This document shows positions 13,354-25,327 of a stretch of DNA of 64,000 bases, piece by piece (position 1 is the first letter of the stretch; each line of letters begins with the position of its first letter). The stretch is from Macrostomum lignano (taxonomy: Eukaryota). The notes under the pieces were generated by a model. The model was given only the letters and a program-made list of their open reading frames with translations. It ran no database searches and was not told where the DNA came from. Made by a program: the position numbers and the translations under genes. The stretch is taken from contig NIVC01003900.1 of the NCBI GenBank assembly GCA_002269645.1, positions 1 to 64,000 on the forward strand, read 5' to 3'.

Positions 13354-16300
13354 ATGATAAAGTCATGCTTTAATATAGTGCTTGTTTTGAACATCGTACT
13401 AATTGTTCATTTTGCCAGTGCCGATATTTACCTGCATAATCCAAGGTAAGGCACAAGACAAATTCTAATGAAAGCATCAAGTTTACTTGTTTAATAAATA
13501 TCTTAAATTCTAAGATTTTTTTAAAATACAATAAATGAAACCAGAAAATATCATTATTTAAGTTAAATACATTTACATAGTATGCATACAAATTAAAAGT
13601 TCAATATTTCATACTTTTTATTGAAAAGTATTAGTTTAATCACCTAAACATCCACATTCAGGGGCAGCAACAATCGTTTGGATGAGGCCGGCCGAGCGCG
13701 CAATACGGCAACGAGGTTGTTTGACTCGCAGAACAACAACCGAGGCGGTTACAATGTTGGCAGCCTTTACTACTATACAGGTGCTGAATTAATGAATTTA
13801 TTGCAGAGGGAGAGAGAGAGAGAGAGGAGAAATAGAGAGGTTTAACAAAAAACTTAGATATTAACTTCTTTTTGTGCAACTTCGTGCTCCAAAAATTTTA
13901 AGGACAGCCAGAACTTTCTTACGACTCGTAGAATCGTTTTTAGGGACGTGATTTCATTTTCTTAGTCCTCACTTTTGTCAAAACGTTAAGCGTTTGCTGT
14001 CTCAATACCTTATTGTCATGCAGGCTCCATCCTTCCCATCGAGTGGACCAATCAGCACTCATGCGGCGACATCAACAGCCACTGCGAAATTGTGCTGCAA
14101 TACGCCTGCGGCGACGATATTCGAGACGGCACCACTACGAATCGAATTCCGGCTGACAGAAGCCGGTGCCTCGACAACAACTGCCAGACCGATCCAACCT
14201 ACGGCCTTCAAGAGTCGTACGAGCACTACTTGATGTGTACACGGAGGCAGCGAAACGGCGGCTTGTACACCGCGGACCAGAGGCTTCGCGGCGACACCGC
14301 CAGGTTCACCCGTCAGAACCCCGGCGGCACTCAGTACGGCTACGAGTGCCCCGAGGAGCGGGATTATTATCCCTACTGGCACCACAGCCCCTGGAGGGAC
14401 ATCGCCATCCTGACCAACGATCCCACCAGATGCAGATTCTACAAAACCGAGAGCGCCAACGTCAAGGATCGATTCGAATGTCGCTTGCCAGTAGAACAGC
14501 TGGAATCGAACCGAGGACTAACACTGCCTAGCAACGAGTCCGAATGCATGAAACTTCCCGGCGCCAAGTGGACCCGACAACCGGCTTGGGGCATCGGCTC
14601 GCCAGTCTGTCGGACAGCGGAAACCACCAGAGACAATCACCTTGGCAACACGGCCCAGGGCAAGGCTCTGATGTTCAACTGGACAGTGCCAGACCATCTG
14701 GCTGGTGAGAAATGCGTGCTTCGAGTTCGGTACAATATTTCTACCGGAGACTACGATCGTTGGTCAACATTCGCTGAGCACAACAACGGGGGTCCAGTCG
14801 AGTTTTATAAAAAGTTCGGCTTCGCTAGCAAGGCTGCTGCCGATGCCAGAGGATTCAAGCTGGTTAATAATCCCCAGGTGCAGCTGTTTGGCGACTCCAG
14901 CAAGTTCAAATTGCAGTTGAATATTAATACAGCACAGTTTGGCAGGGTGTTTCAGGTGAGTAAGGAGTCAATTGCCTTGGCATTTGGTAGATTCTGCTAG
15001 ACACTCCCTACAACTCTCCTTATCTACCTCTCGGCCCTCTCTCTCGTTATCTCCATGTAATCCACTTTGCCTGTGCGCCTCGTCTATTCCCCCAGTGTTA
15101 AATGAGCGGTGATAATCAGTAGCGTAACTCTGCTACCATAGACAAACCAACGAGATGGATAGACATGGCTAGCGGAGATAACTCATTGTTTAGCAATTTG
15201 ACGATCATTATTCACATTTTTAATGCAGAACAATCCATTACTACAAACAATGCATTGTCTGTAGGATCGTCAAACAGAAAAACAATGCAAAGAATCAGCG
15301 GTCACGCACTGGGACCGCTGATTATTTATCCATTATCTCCGGCGGAGATAAGGCGTTATATTCGGGTCGCACATGCCGTGGATTACATACAAAGAATCGC
15401 CTGATACTAGGAGATGAGCCATAGACAGAATCTCCTCGTATCAGGCGATTCTTGTTTATCTCACCCTCAGAGATCGTTATCTCCATCTCAACCCCCCTCA
15501 CTCTCTCTCTCATTATCTCCCTTTCACCCCTCAGAGATCGTTATCTCCCTCTCATCCCCTCTCTCACTGTCTCTCTCCCTCTCTCTCACCCCTATCTCAT
15601 TGTCTCCCTCTCACCCCTCTCTCACTATCTCCCTCTCACCCCTCTCTCATTATCTCCCTCTCAACTACTCTCTCATTCTCACTCTCACCCCTTTATCTCA
15701 TTGTCTCCCTCTCACTTACTCTTTGTATCCCTCTAAACCCTATCGCGAAATCTCCATCTCCATCTCTCTCTTTTTCTCTGTCCCTTTCTCGCTCTTTCTC
15801 CCACCCCATCAGACCTCTCTAACCCAGTCCTTTTAAACACCACACGCCGCCGCCATCCCGCAGGACCGATCCCACGTCTTCCACGTGCGAGCCCGACCCT
15901 CCTCGATCCCGTCAAGCGCCGAGATTCTCAACCTGAATGTGCGCGGCAAACGCGGAAATATTGTGCAAGTCTATCCAGCCGTCGAGTACGACTTTGTCCC
16001 CCACCTGACCCACGCCAAGCCTGGGAGCTATGTGCATCCTCAGTGGACCGGATCCAACACCAACCCAGCGAATAACGATGGCCAAGGTCTCGCGGGTACA
16101 GACAGATCCAACATGCTGCCGCTGCATGATCTAGCCGCCAATATTCCGGACACAAACTATTCTCAAGGTCGCAATTGGACTCTGAACAATGGAATTGGAG
16201 ATTGGCCATTGAGCGATTTGACTAACCTGGCTCTGCTTAGTCCTCAGCCTCAGCTGGGCGGTTCTATGCAACTTCTAAACGATGCCGGGACCTACTTTGA

Positions 16301-17759
16301 TCTGGGAGCCCGTCGTGTGACCAATGCCGGCAGCTGGTCCTTTGTCTGCACTAGGAATAATAATTTCAGCAACCGCAGTCATAAAGGTCGATTGGTGTGC
16401 TCCAGTGATCGGTCGGATACGCACGTGATTGATGGACAGGCTTACACGTTCAAGGTTTGCATTTGCTGTTTAGGGGATTTGGGATGTTAGAGAGATGTTA
16501 GACAGATTTTTGTCAGATGTTAGACAGATTTATGTCAGATGTTGTAACAGATTTGTGTCAGATGTTAGACAAATTTGTGTCAGATGTTAGACAGATTTGT
16601 GTCAGATTTTGTAGCAGATGCGTGTCAGATGTTAGACAAATTTGTGTCAGATGTTAGACAAATTTGTGTCAGAAGTTAGACAGATTTGTGTCAGATGTTA
16701 GACAGATTTGTGTCAGATGTTGTAACAGTTGTGTGTCAGATGTTAGACAGATTTGTGTCAGATGTTGGACAGATTTGTGTCAGATGTTGGACAAGATTTG
16801 TGTCAGATAGCTAGAATCCCAAGCACAAAGATTCACATATCCATACCCGTTCAGCATATGATAGCTTAATCACCCCCCCCCCACACTCGATCAGGTGACA
16901 GACGGCACAAAGACCTTGGCCGAGGTGACGGTTCCGGCTGGAGCCTTCAGCTCCCTGCGCTACCTGCAGCTTCGTGTGACGCCACACAGCGCCAAGGCGG
17001 CGAAGACGGACTCCGACAGCGTGTACGGCGACACCTGGTTCACCGACCTGCTGCGCATTGACGTCGACGGACAGGCGGGCGAAGCTTTCGCGACACCTCT
17101 TCTAGTTTCCATGGTAACCAACGATGGAGCCGATCCGACCGAGGGGCACGATGTGCAGGTGAGAAGCTGTGGATAACCGATTTTATGAAGTTATATGTGG
17201 TTTTGGAGCCAATTTTACACTGGGGATCGTGGCTTAGTGGTTACAAGGCGTCGTTCTTTAACGCTAGAAGTCCCGGGTTCGATTCCTGGGTATGACCAAA
17301 ATTATTTGCGTGATATATTAGATACCTTCGTTCTCTTTCTTAGAAAGACACGAGTTCGAATCCCGACGTCATCAAAAAATGCCTCGTATAAAATAAAAAA
17401 GTTTATACGAGCCGCCCACTTTGGAAAATATATGAAGGCTTTGTTAAACATATAATTACACCTCATGCTCAAAGGTCTACCGCATGGAGACTGAATTCTC
17501 AAGCGCAGTCAGCCATCACGGCCCGCTGAAGTCGGCCGAAGCCACTCGCGTAGAATTTCGAGTCGACCGTCCGGGAGTCTACGCGGCTCGCGGCTTCGCC
17601 AACGCGCCGTTCGGATTCGTGGGCCTGATTGTCGGCCTGCTGGTGGCGGCGCTTCTGATCTCACTAATCGTGGCGGGCATCATTGTGCACCGGAGAAATC
17701 CGGAGTTCTTTGCCGAGAAGCTGCGATTTGTGCAGCGATCTACGCAGAGCAAAGTCTAG
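13354..17759 (+). CDS. DD3-3-like protein, about 760 aa, with signal peptide and C-terminal transmembrane helix; 6 exons
   Basis: Exons 13354-13445, 13662-13780, 14024-14955, 15864-16454, 16895-17158, 17475-17759 sum to 2283 nt (761 codons) with consistent phases. DD3-3 signature motifs: DIYLHNPRGSNNRL, LFDSQNNNRGGYNVG, IEWTNQH, RYNISTGDY, LNVRGKRGNIVQVYPAVEYDF, CTRNNNFSNRSHKG. Hydrophobic N-terminus; TM FVGLIVGLLVAALLISLIVAGIIV. Family name recalled from memory, not searched. Confidence 0.88.
15465..15800. repeat. CT-rich low-complexity array in a DD3-3 intron
   Basis: TCTCCCTCTCACCCC-like units. Confidence 0.85.
16485..16808. repeat. 22-bp minisatellite (GTTAGACAGATTTGTGTCAGAT) in a DD3-3 intron
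   Basis: About 14 copies, directly visible. Confidence 0.93.
17222..17297 (+). pseudogene. tRNA-like sequence (tRNA pseudogene or SINE head) in the last DD3-3 intron
   Basis: Pol III A box TGGCTTAGTGG, B box GGTTCGATTCC and T-arm CCGGG-TTCGATT-CCTGG. The acceptor and anticodon stems do not pair canonically. Confidence 0.6.
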
Positions 17760-17793
17760 CTACGTGAAGGAAAAATTTCACTTGATTATTATC

Positions 17794-18097
17794 ACTTTCG
17801 ATACATATCGGCCAAAATCGTAGCAAAGACAGTAAAAAGCAATGAAATTTTTCAATTCATTATTATTACTTTCGATACATATCGACAAAAATTGCAGCAA
17901 AGGCTATAATAGCTACGATTCTTATTAATACTTTCGATACATATCGGCCAAATATTAAAAGATTATACATGTCAGCTGCAAATATTTTTGAGCGAATATT
18001 ATAATACTTTCGATACATATCGGCCAAGATCGTAGCAATAAAAGTCCATTGCAAAAATTTTTAATTGATAATTTTTTTTTCGATACATGTCGGCCAG
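17794..18097. repeat. Five copies of a conserved 22-nt palindromic motif ACTTTCGATACATATCGGCCAA separated by 40-54 nt diverged spacers
   Basis: Copies start at 17794, 17868, 17930, 18006 and about 18076. Confidence 0.85.
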
Positions 18098-18844
18098 AAT
18101 TGTGATTTGATTTCTTGTATTACCGATCTCGATCTTCAGCATTCCAGCGTTTTTAATATATTGATCTGATCGCGTAAATAACTGTTATTACATGCACAAA
18201 TGCTTTTTATGTTTCTCAATCGCAGTATTAATTCCAGGATTAATATCTATTTTTGTTATAAATTCTTTTTTCAATCGTGTACTTTTAATAAAACAAGCGC
18301 GACATGTTTCTGCAATCACAAGAATGCCTGTAAAACAGCACTTAGCCGCGCAAGAAAAATTCGGCTTAAACTTGAGCTATACTTAATATTGCTCATAGAG
18401 ATAAGCAGGCCACATTTTTTCTCACAAGGCAGTGAACTAATGATAACAAATAAGTTACTTGGCTCTGCGGGCCACATGACACGCATGACTAAAATTGTTA
18501 CCGAAGTGCCATATAACATGTCCTCTCTATTAAAAACCCTTTCTAGTCGAAAGGACTCGATACATTCAGCATGTCCTATATAATATACTACGAGTATAAT
18601 ATTAAACGAGGGTGGGAAGCCAGGGCCCCCCCTTGCGGTTCAGCCTAAGTAGGGCTTTGCCGCTGGATCTGTCTGTGGGCCATACTACCAGGGGCATAGC
18701 CCGAGAGGCCACGCTTGGGTCCAGGTCTCAAGGCCTGGAAACTATATAAATCCTTCAGGCTTTCTAGGGCAGAAAGGCTTTTTGCCCTAGACAACCGTTG
18801 GATTTGTATTCCTTCTTGATTTCAAGAGCGGGCCAAGAAACGAC

Positions 18845-19282
18845 ATGCTTCGGCCTGTGAGTCAAACTGCATTCGATCGCTTCAGTCTAAGTTCAGTGCA
18901 AGTCCTGATTCTCGGCCCGCAAGAAAATGGAATTTCTCTATGGCACAAAATGCAAACTGTATTTCATTTTAGTTCTGCGCCTAAACTCCTGACCCGAGCG
19001 AATCTATCACAGACCTACACCAATCATTGTCTCCGTGCTACGGTTGTCACGACACTAACAAACAAGGGTATTTCTGTTGGCGACATTCAATGTGTTACCG
19101 GTCACAAGAGGCCAGAGTCCGTTCAAGGTACAAAAATTAAGCGGATCTCGCCAGGGAAGAAGCGTCAACTGTCCGATGCTCTGACAATGGATTCTTCACC
19201 GCCTGGTCCAATCGTTAAACGAGTCACGAGCGACGTCCCACTTCAATCGCCCATGGTTTTAGCGTTGAGCGTGGCGACCTAA
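18845..19282 (+). pseudogene. Tyrosine-recombinase C-terminal remnant, Crypton/DUF3504-like
   Basis: ANLSQTYTNHCLRATVVTTLTNKGISVGDIQCVTGHKRPESVQ..RISPGKKRQLSDAL matches the H-x-x-R ... TGH box of Crypton-type YRs. The expected Tyr nucleophile is out of frame or missing and no N-terminal domain is visible. Confidence 0.65.
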
Positions 19283-20636
19283 AAGTATCTGCTGTTGACT
19301 GCGAACAAAGGGACTTTAATGGAGTTCTGCCGACTGCAGTGCTAGAGAAAAATGGATCCCGTGTTCTATTTTTCCTATAAGTGAGTATCTCTGAACGCCA
19401 CGGGCATTGAACTACCCATGTACTGTACGTAAAGACGGCGTGGGTTGCATCACAAGAACTATATTAAATTGTTACTGTTGTCCTCTTTGTAATGTTGCAC
19501 TTTTAACGTTTTAAATACAATCGATCGTTTCGGCTTCGTCTATGGCCCAGCCCGATATCGGGCAGAGAATGGGCCGTTTCTTAAGCAGTCTTGCCCGCAA
19601 AATCAAGCAGGAATTGGGGCTACTAGCTCAATGTCTATGGACTAAGACACCGCCAACCCACAGTGGAATCAGAGACGGTGCAAGGACCGAGTCCACCCAA
19701 GCCACCCCTAACGATAAGACCCGAGTGTGCACGCGAAAAAAATTGGAAAAGCGGTCCGAGAGTGGGGAGACCCCAAAGTCAACGGAAATAGTGCTTTATA
19801 TTGGAGAGTCTGGCCGAGCAGCTTAGTCTGGCGAGCCTCAAGGCTTTTTCGCTATCCAGCTCTATAAAAAGGCCAGGCCAAGGGGTTGGAGAGGGGCACA
19901 ATTGGAGCAAGAAAAACCCGGACTCAGCCGGTGTTCCCCGATTCGGGACGAACTCATTCCCCAGGACTCCAATCCAATGTCAGAGATGAGAGCCGCGAGA
20001 CACAAAAGCAGGGAACATCCAGAGGAGACAGCAGGGTGGACCAAGGCTGTAGAGCGCTCTTACCGAGGCGAGATTGGCAACTCCTACTGCAAGAAATAAT
20101 TTTGATGAATTCAATTTCTTTATCTATCCTAAATTTAAGGAGCTTTAGTTCCTAAAAATAATACTCGTCGTACAAATAAAACAATTTTGTTTTTTCCCAT
20201 TTGTGACATCGGTCCCACAACCGGCGCTGACGTCAATATTCTGCCTATTCCGCTGACTTCTGCACGCCACACAGGGTGCACAGCCGCTCTGACTTTCTGA
20301 TCACCAAGCATGTACACTTTCTGTGCCTTACATATAGAATTTTCAAGATCGAAGTATACTTTATATAATTAACTTGTATTTTAAAAATCGCGCTGCTATT
20401 ATTAAAGCCGGAAAAGAATCACGTAAAATAAAACTATAAACAAAACAGCTGTTAGATTATTTTTTTCAGATTAATTTGTCTTTAAAAAGGGGAAGAAAAT
20501 GCGGCAAGCCAACTCGCGTAATTAATTTATATTTATCAATTTATATGCATTACTTTAAGGCATCGATTTAAACGCGAATTTGCTACTTATAGTAGTTACA
20601 TCAAATTATGACTACTTTCTAAACATATCGGTAGAG

Positions 20637-21563
20637 TCAAGAGGAGCTCCACTGCGGCCCGCCGCCGGCATAATTGCCGGTGATCTCTGCGCCAGAAAAG
20701 TCCATGCCGGGATTCTCGTATTGGAATCGTTGGAGAGTCAGCTTCTTCTCCATCTGGTCGCGCTGGAGCGGATCGGGCTCGAACTCAGGCTGACCTACTA
20801 GTAGGCAGGGCCAGCAGCTCTGTACAGGATCGGGCGATGCTTTGGCGAGCACAATTTGAAGCAGACGACGGTCAGCGAGAGTCCAAGAGCTCTCGTCTGG
20901 TCTGACTGACTTAGGTAGATCGCCTGACAGAAGTGACTGACCACCTGTGTGAATTGCGATTTGAGCAATGGGATTGGGAACTACAAGATTTTCAGGTTGT
21001 CATTTTTAGCTCTCTGCTTAGATTACCTTCTCCAACCGATCTGTCTATGTAGTTTAGCAAGCTGTCTACTTTGTCTACAAAGCCGTCTACTTTGTCTACC
21101 AAGCTGTCTGCTTTGTCTACCAAGATGTCTACTTTGTATACCAAACTGTCTACTTTGTCTACCAAGCTGTCTACTTTGTTCTGCTAAGCTGTCTTGTTTG
21201 CCTACCAGGTTGTCTACTTTGACTACGAATCTATGTACTACATCTATTAAACTCTACTAACTACCTCTCCGGAAACCTTTATTTTTTCTACCAACTTGTC
21301 TACTTTTCTTTGGACTGTCAAAGTTTTTTAGGCCTATACCTGTCTATCTTTTCCATCTACTAGTTTCACAGCAACTTAGTCAACATTCACCTACCAGCCA
21401 GGGAAACTCGCAGATTATTCACGCCTATTTTGCACACAACCTGAGTGCCTCGGGTGCCTTCTGGCACTTGCAGTTCGATGTACACCTCGTCTAATGTCTG
21501 CCACCATCTGCCGCCAGGAAAATTGACACAGACCTCGCCGCTGCGTTCGTCAAAGTGGGCCAT
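20637..21563 (-). CDS. NUDCD2: NudC domain-containing protein 2, 158 aa, 2 exons
   Basis: Exons 21563-21395 (donor GTAGGT, phase 1) and 20944-20637 total 477 nt. Sequence MAHFDERSG..WWQTLDEVYIELQVPEGT..WTLADRR..DQMEKKLTLQRFQYENPGMDFSGAEITGNY closely follows NUDCD2. Confidence 0.93.
21040..21310. repeat. Degenerate CTGTCTACTTTGTCTACCAAG-like minisatellite in the NUDCD2 intron
   Basis: Recurring TGTCTACTTTGT. Confidence 0.8.
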
Positions 21564-21711
21564 GAATAATAGAATTTGCAGGAGCAAAGTGTACTTTTTA
21601 ATCAAGTATGCAGAACACAACAATGATCGAGTTTTGTCGTAGACATGCCATCAAACACTTAGGTGTATTTTCGTGGCAAGATTGAAGATGATCAAGAGAT
21701 TAATTGGAAGC

Positions 21712-22145
21712 ACCCACCACCCCATAGTACCGCCTAAAGCACTCGTGGCCACAGAGCACCCGCCACCCTACAGCACCCACCACCCCACAGCACCCACCAC
21801 CCCACAGCACTCGCCACCCCACAGCACCCACCACCCCACAGCACCCACCACCCCACAGCACCCACCACCCCACAGCACTCGCCACCCCACAGCACCCACC
21901 ACCCCACAGCACCCACAAACCCACAGCACTCGCCACCCCACAGCACCCACCACCCCACAGCACCCACCACCCCACAGCACCCACCAACCCACAGCACTCG
22001 CCACCCCACAGCACCCACCACCCCACAGCACCCACCACCCCACAGCACTCACTAACCCACAGCACTCGCCACCCCACGGCACCCGCCACCCAGCAGCACC
22101 CACCGCCAAAGCACCTGCAAATAGCACCCACCACTCCACACCACA
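21712..22145. repeat. C/A-rich minisatellite (CACCCCACAGCACCCAC) upstream of NUDCD2
   Basis: Directly visible; G-rich on the minus strand. Confidence 0.93.
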
Positions 22146-23528
22146 GCAAACACCTTGTCCACGAGTAAACCTTTTCTACAAGGGTGGCTAAATGTAATGA
22201 AACTGCATATATCTAAATACTTTTACATCTCTTCGATGGAACAGTAATAAATACAAAGAAATAAGACGCATATTTTTAATTCACGCATAAAATTGCTATG
22301 TATACTCGTGTATATATTGATAAGTACGCTCGTAATCAATATTGACCCGATCTTAAAGTTTTTCAAATGAAACTTTTTATTAATTATAATCATAAGCAAT
22401 ATACAGAAAAACACAAGCAAAGCAAACAGGAATAACTTGATGATAGTAAGCTAGCAGCGCATTTTATTTATATTAAATTTATAAATGTATATTATATCAA
22501 TAATTTAAGATCCCAAGAACCTCGCAAAATACCTCCATATCCTAAAGACTTCCCATCTGTCACAATCCCCATCCGTCACGGTCCTCATAACCACAATTCC
22601 AATGCGTCACGATCCCCATCCATAAAAATCCCCAACGCTTCATACCCCCCCAAATGTTCTTAACGACAGTACACAAATAAAAATAATTATTGTTTATGCG
22701 ATTTTAAAAGAGCTTGCATTGCACAAAACCTTTAGGGGAATGTAAAAAAAACTCGGGCAATTAACAAAACAATCACCTAATTGAAGCTGGCAGTTTAACT
22801 GATTAGCAAATAATGCGCAGTTGATAACTAGGACGAAAACTTGAACAAATCATAGGACAGATAAGCGAGACAGACCAATATTCTATAGTTAAGTCTTCTT
22901 ATTACTCATTTTGTTATAAATTTGATCGATAATTACTCGTATATGATAATTGACACATCAATTTGAAGTTGGCATTCAAATGCAGTTTTACTGAAGCACT
23001 TTCGAATTCGAAAGCAAGCAAGCAAATTTTTGCTCGTTTAAGTTTATTGAAAGCTATTGTCTTTCCAAGAAATACTACCGGACTCCGCATTGATGCTTTC
23101 CAAAACCCCTTTAATACCTTTTCAACTTTGAATCTGTTGCAGTGAGTGAAATTCGTCAAACACAGACACTCAGAATTTGACTGATGGGATAGGAAAAACC
23201 TTTTTGTCTATGGCAGAAAGCTGAGCAAAGTGACATCATTCTAAGAAATAATTGAACTGTGTCTGTAACAACCTGCCTCTCTGCCTCTCATCACAATGCT
23301 ACGAATAGTACCTTACGATTTTTAAAACTAGAATAGAATTGATTTTCACTTCCATAAATAATTCTTTAGTTGTGAGTTGACTTTCATTTCTTCGTCGAAA
23401 ATTTTCTAAAAAACTTCATTTAGGATTCCTGGAAAGTCCAGAAGATGAGAGGAGCGAACTGGATTAAACTATTATTGTTTTCTTCTTTCAAGTAAAAATT
23501 TATTGTCGACATAAGGTCACTCTCGGCA

Positions 23529-23939
23529 TTAGTCTGCCTGGCTTGATGCTGTCAAGACTCGAACCCGGTGCTCGCTAATAAGATGTCGAACTGTTGGGGC
23601 AGCAGCAGCAGCAGCATCAGAAGCACTGCCAGACTGTTGAACCAAACCAACTGGACCTTTCTCACAGTCGGCGCAGATCAAATATCGCAACCCGTCAACA
23701 GTGTTAGTGAAGCCAATATTTTCAAACTGCATCATGTCGAGTACGCACCACCATTGACCTGGACAGGATTCTAAAGGAAAATCTGACGGCTTGCTGGCCT
23801 GTTTGGCGTGCATTGCCGGCAGCTGGTGAGTCTCTTCTGATGGACAGATTGTTGCTACGCCGGCCTGCAAAATCAAACTGCCGCAGTATTGACAGGCAAG
23901 ATTGTGAGGGTTTGTTGAGTCAGCTGGTGTGGATGACAT
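23529..23939 (-). CDS. RABIF: Mss4/RABIF guanine-nucleotide-free Rab chaperone, 136 aa, single coding exon
   Basis: Zn-binding pairs CQYC and CADC; [33 protein letters not shown] is the Mss4 signature. ATG at 23939-23937. Confidence 0.93.
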   Translation of the reverse strand: MSSTPADSTNPHNLACQYCGSLILQAGVATICPSEETHQLPAMHAKQASKPSDFPLESCPGQWWCVLDMMQFENIGFTNTVDGLRYLICADCEKGPVGLVQQSGSASDAAAAAAPTVRHLISEHRVRVLTASSQAD

Positions 23940-24014
23940 TGTGGCAACTGCTGGCTGAAAAAAGAAGTGAAATCAGCATGCTTTTATACTCTAAAATAGA
24001 AGTTGAGACTGTTG

Positions 24015-24480
24015 TGACTCTGAGTAGCCATACTCTAACCCCAGTGACTCTCTAAGTAGCCATACTCTAACCCCAGGGACTATCTGAGTAGCCATACTCT
24101 AACCCCAGTGACTCTCTGAGTAGCCATACTTCAACCCCAGTCTGAGTAGCCATACTGTAACCCCAGTGACTCTTTGAGTAGCCATACTGTAACTTCAGTG
24201 ACTCTCTGAGTAGCCATACTCTAACCCCAGTGACTCTCTGAGTAGCCATACTCTAACCCCAGTGACTCTCTGAGTAGCCATACTCTAACCCCAGTGACTC
24301 TCTGAGTAGCCATACTTCAACCCCAGTCTGAGTAGCCATACTGTAACCCCAGTGACTCAAGAGTAGCCATAATCTAACCCCAGTGACTCTCTGAGTAGCC
24401 ATACTCTAACCCCAGTCTGAGTAGCCATACTGTAACCCCAGTGACTCTCTGAGTAGCCATAATCTAACCCCAGTGACTCA
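24015..24480. repeat. 32-bp minisatellite (GTGACTCTCTGAGTAGCCATACTCTAACCCCA)
   Basis: Period 32 measured from 24198 to 24230; shorter variants are interspersed. Confidence 0.93.
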
Positions 24481-25254
24481 GATTATAAAGAAACTGAAAC
24501 AAATAAAAAAAGAAAAAATTGTCTGACACAGGGAAAATTGAAATCCGAAGTTATTATATTACAATTTATTTTTTTAAACAGCGCCCTTGAAGTCACTGAA
24601 AGATAGTTTAGTAGTGGCTCAGTCACAAACGCACACAAACACAAAAACACACTTATTTTTCTAGATTATTAGACACGGCAGTCAAAAAGAAATTGTCATC
24701 GCATACACTGGAAAGTAAAACTTGAGGGCTGAGTTTATTGTATGTCCAACAAAAGCCATTTTAAAGGTAATTAAAAATGCCAAAATATGAAATTCATATG
24801 ATTATTTTTTTACAAAGTTGCATTAAGTTTTTCAAGTTGAACGAAAATAAACAGGCACTAGCCGTTATATCGTACTAATAGTAGTACCATAGCGAAGTCA
24901 GCACACTTTGTGTACATTTCTAGGTTAGGCAAGAAAAATGCAATATTTTTTTTATAACAGAAACTATATTTTTTCTCGGCTGCATTCATATACACTGATT
25001 ACGTAATATCTTAACAATAATATCGATTGACCTCATTATTTATCAAAAGCGGAACTAAATATGGTTTAGAAAATCTTTAATACAATTATAAATCAAACTG
25101 AAATAAGCGCAATAAAATTTCTGGATAAACAGATGCAGACAGCTAAAGAGTGCCAATTGAGAAGGTTTATATAAACAAAAATATTTTACAAATTTCAACG
25201 AACCATTGGTCTATGTAATAGGAAGAGATACATATCCTCGGAATACTCGTAGTT

Positions 25255-25327
25255 GTATCTGTCCTGTTCACAGGTGTCTGTCATAATCCCATGCATCTGT
25301 CCTGTCTACAGGTGTCTATCCTATCAA
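25255..25327. repeat. Left remnant of the 38-bp satellite that resumes at 30453
   Basis: ATCTGTCCTGTCTACAGGTGTCTGTCATA..CCCATG is the same unit as at 30453-31500. Confidence 0.88.

Noticed and set aside
17794-18097. CRISPR array call
   Set aside because: Eukaryotic context, no cas genes, variable spacer lengths and related spacers; kept as a repeat finding instead.
19542-20095. Solo LTR (TATAAAA at about 19863)
   Set aside because: No TG..CA ends, TSD or second copy found in the window.
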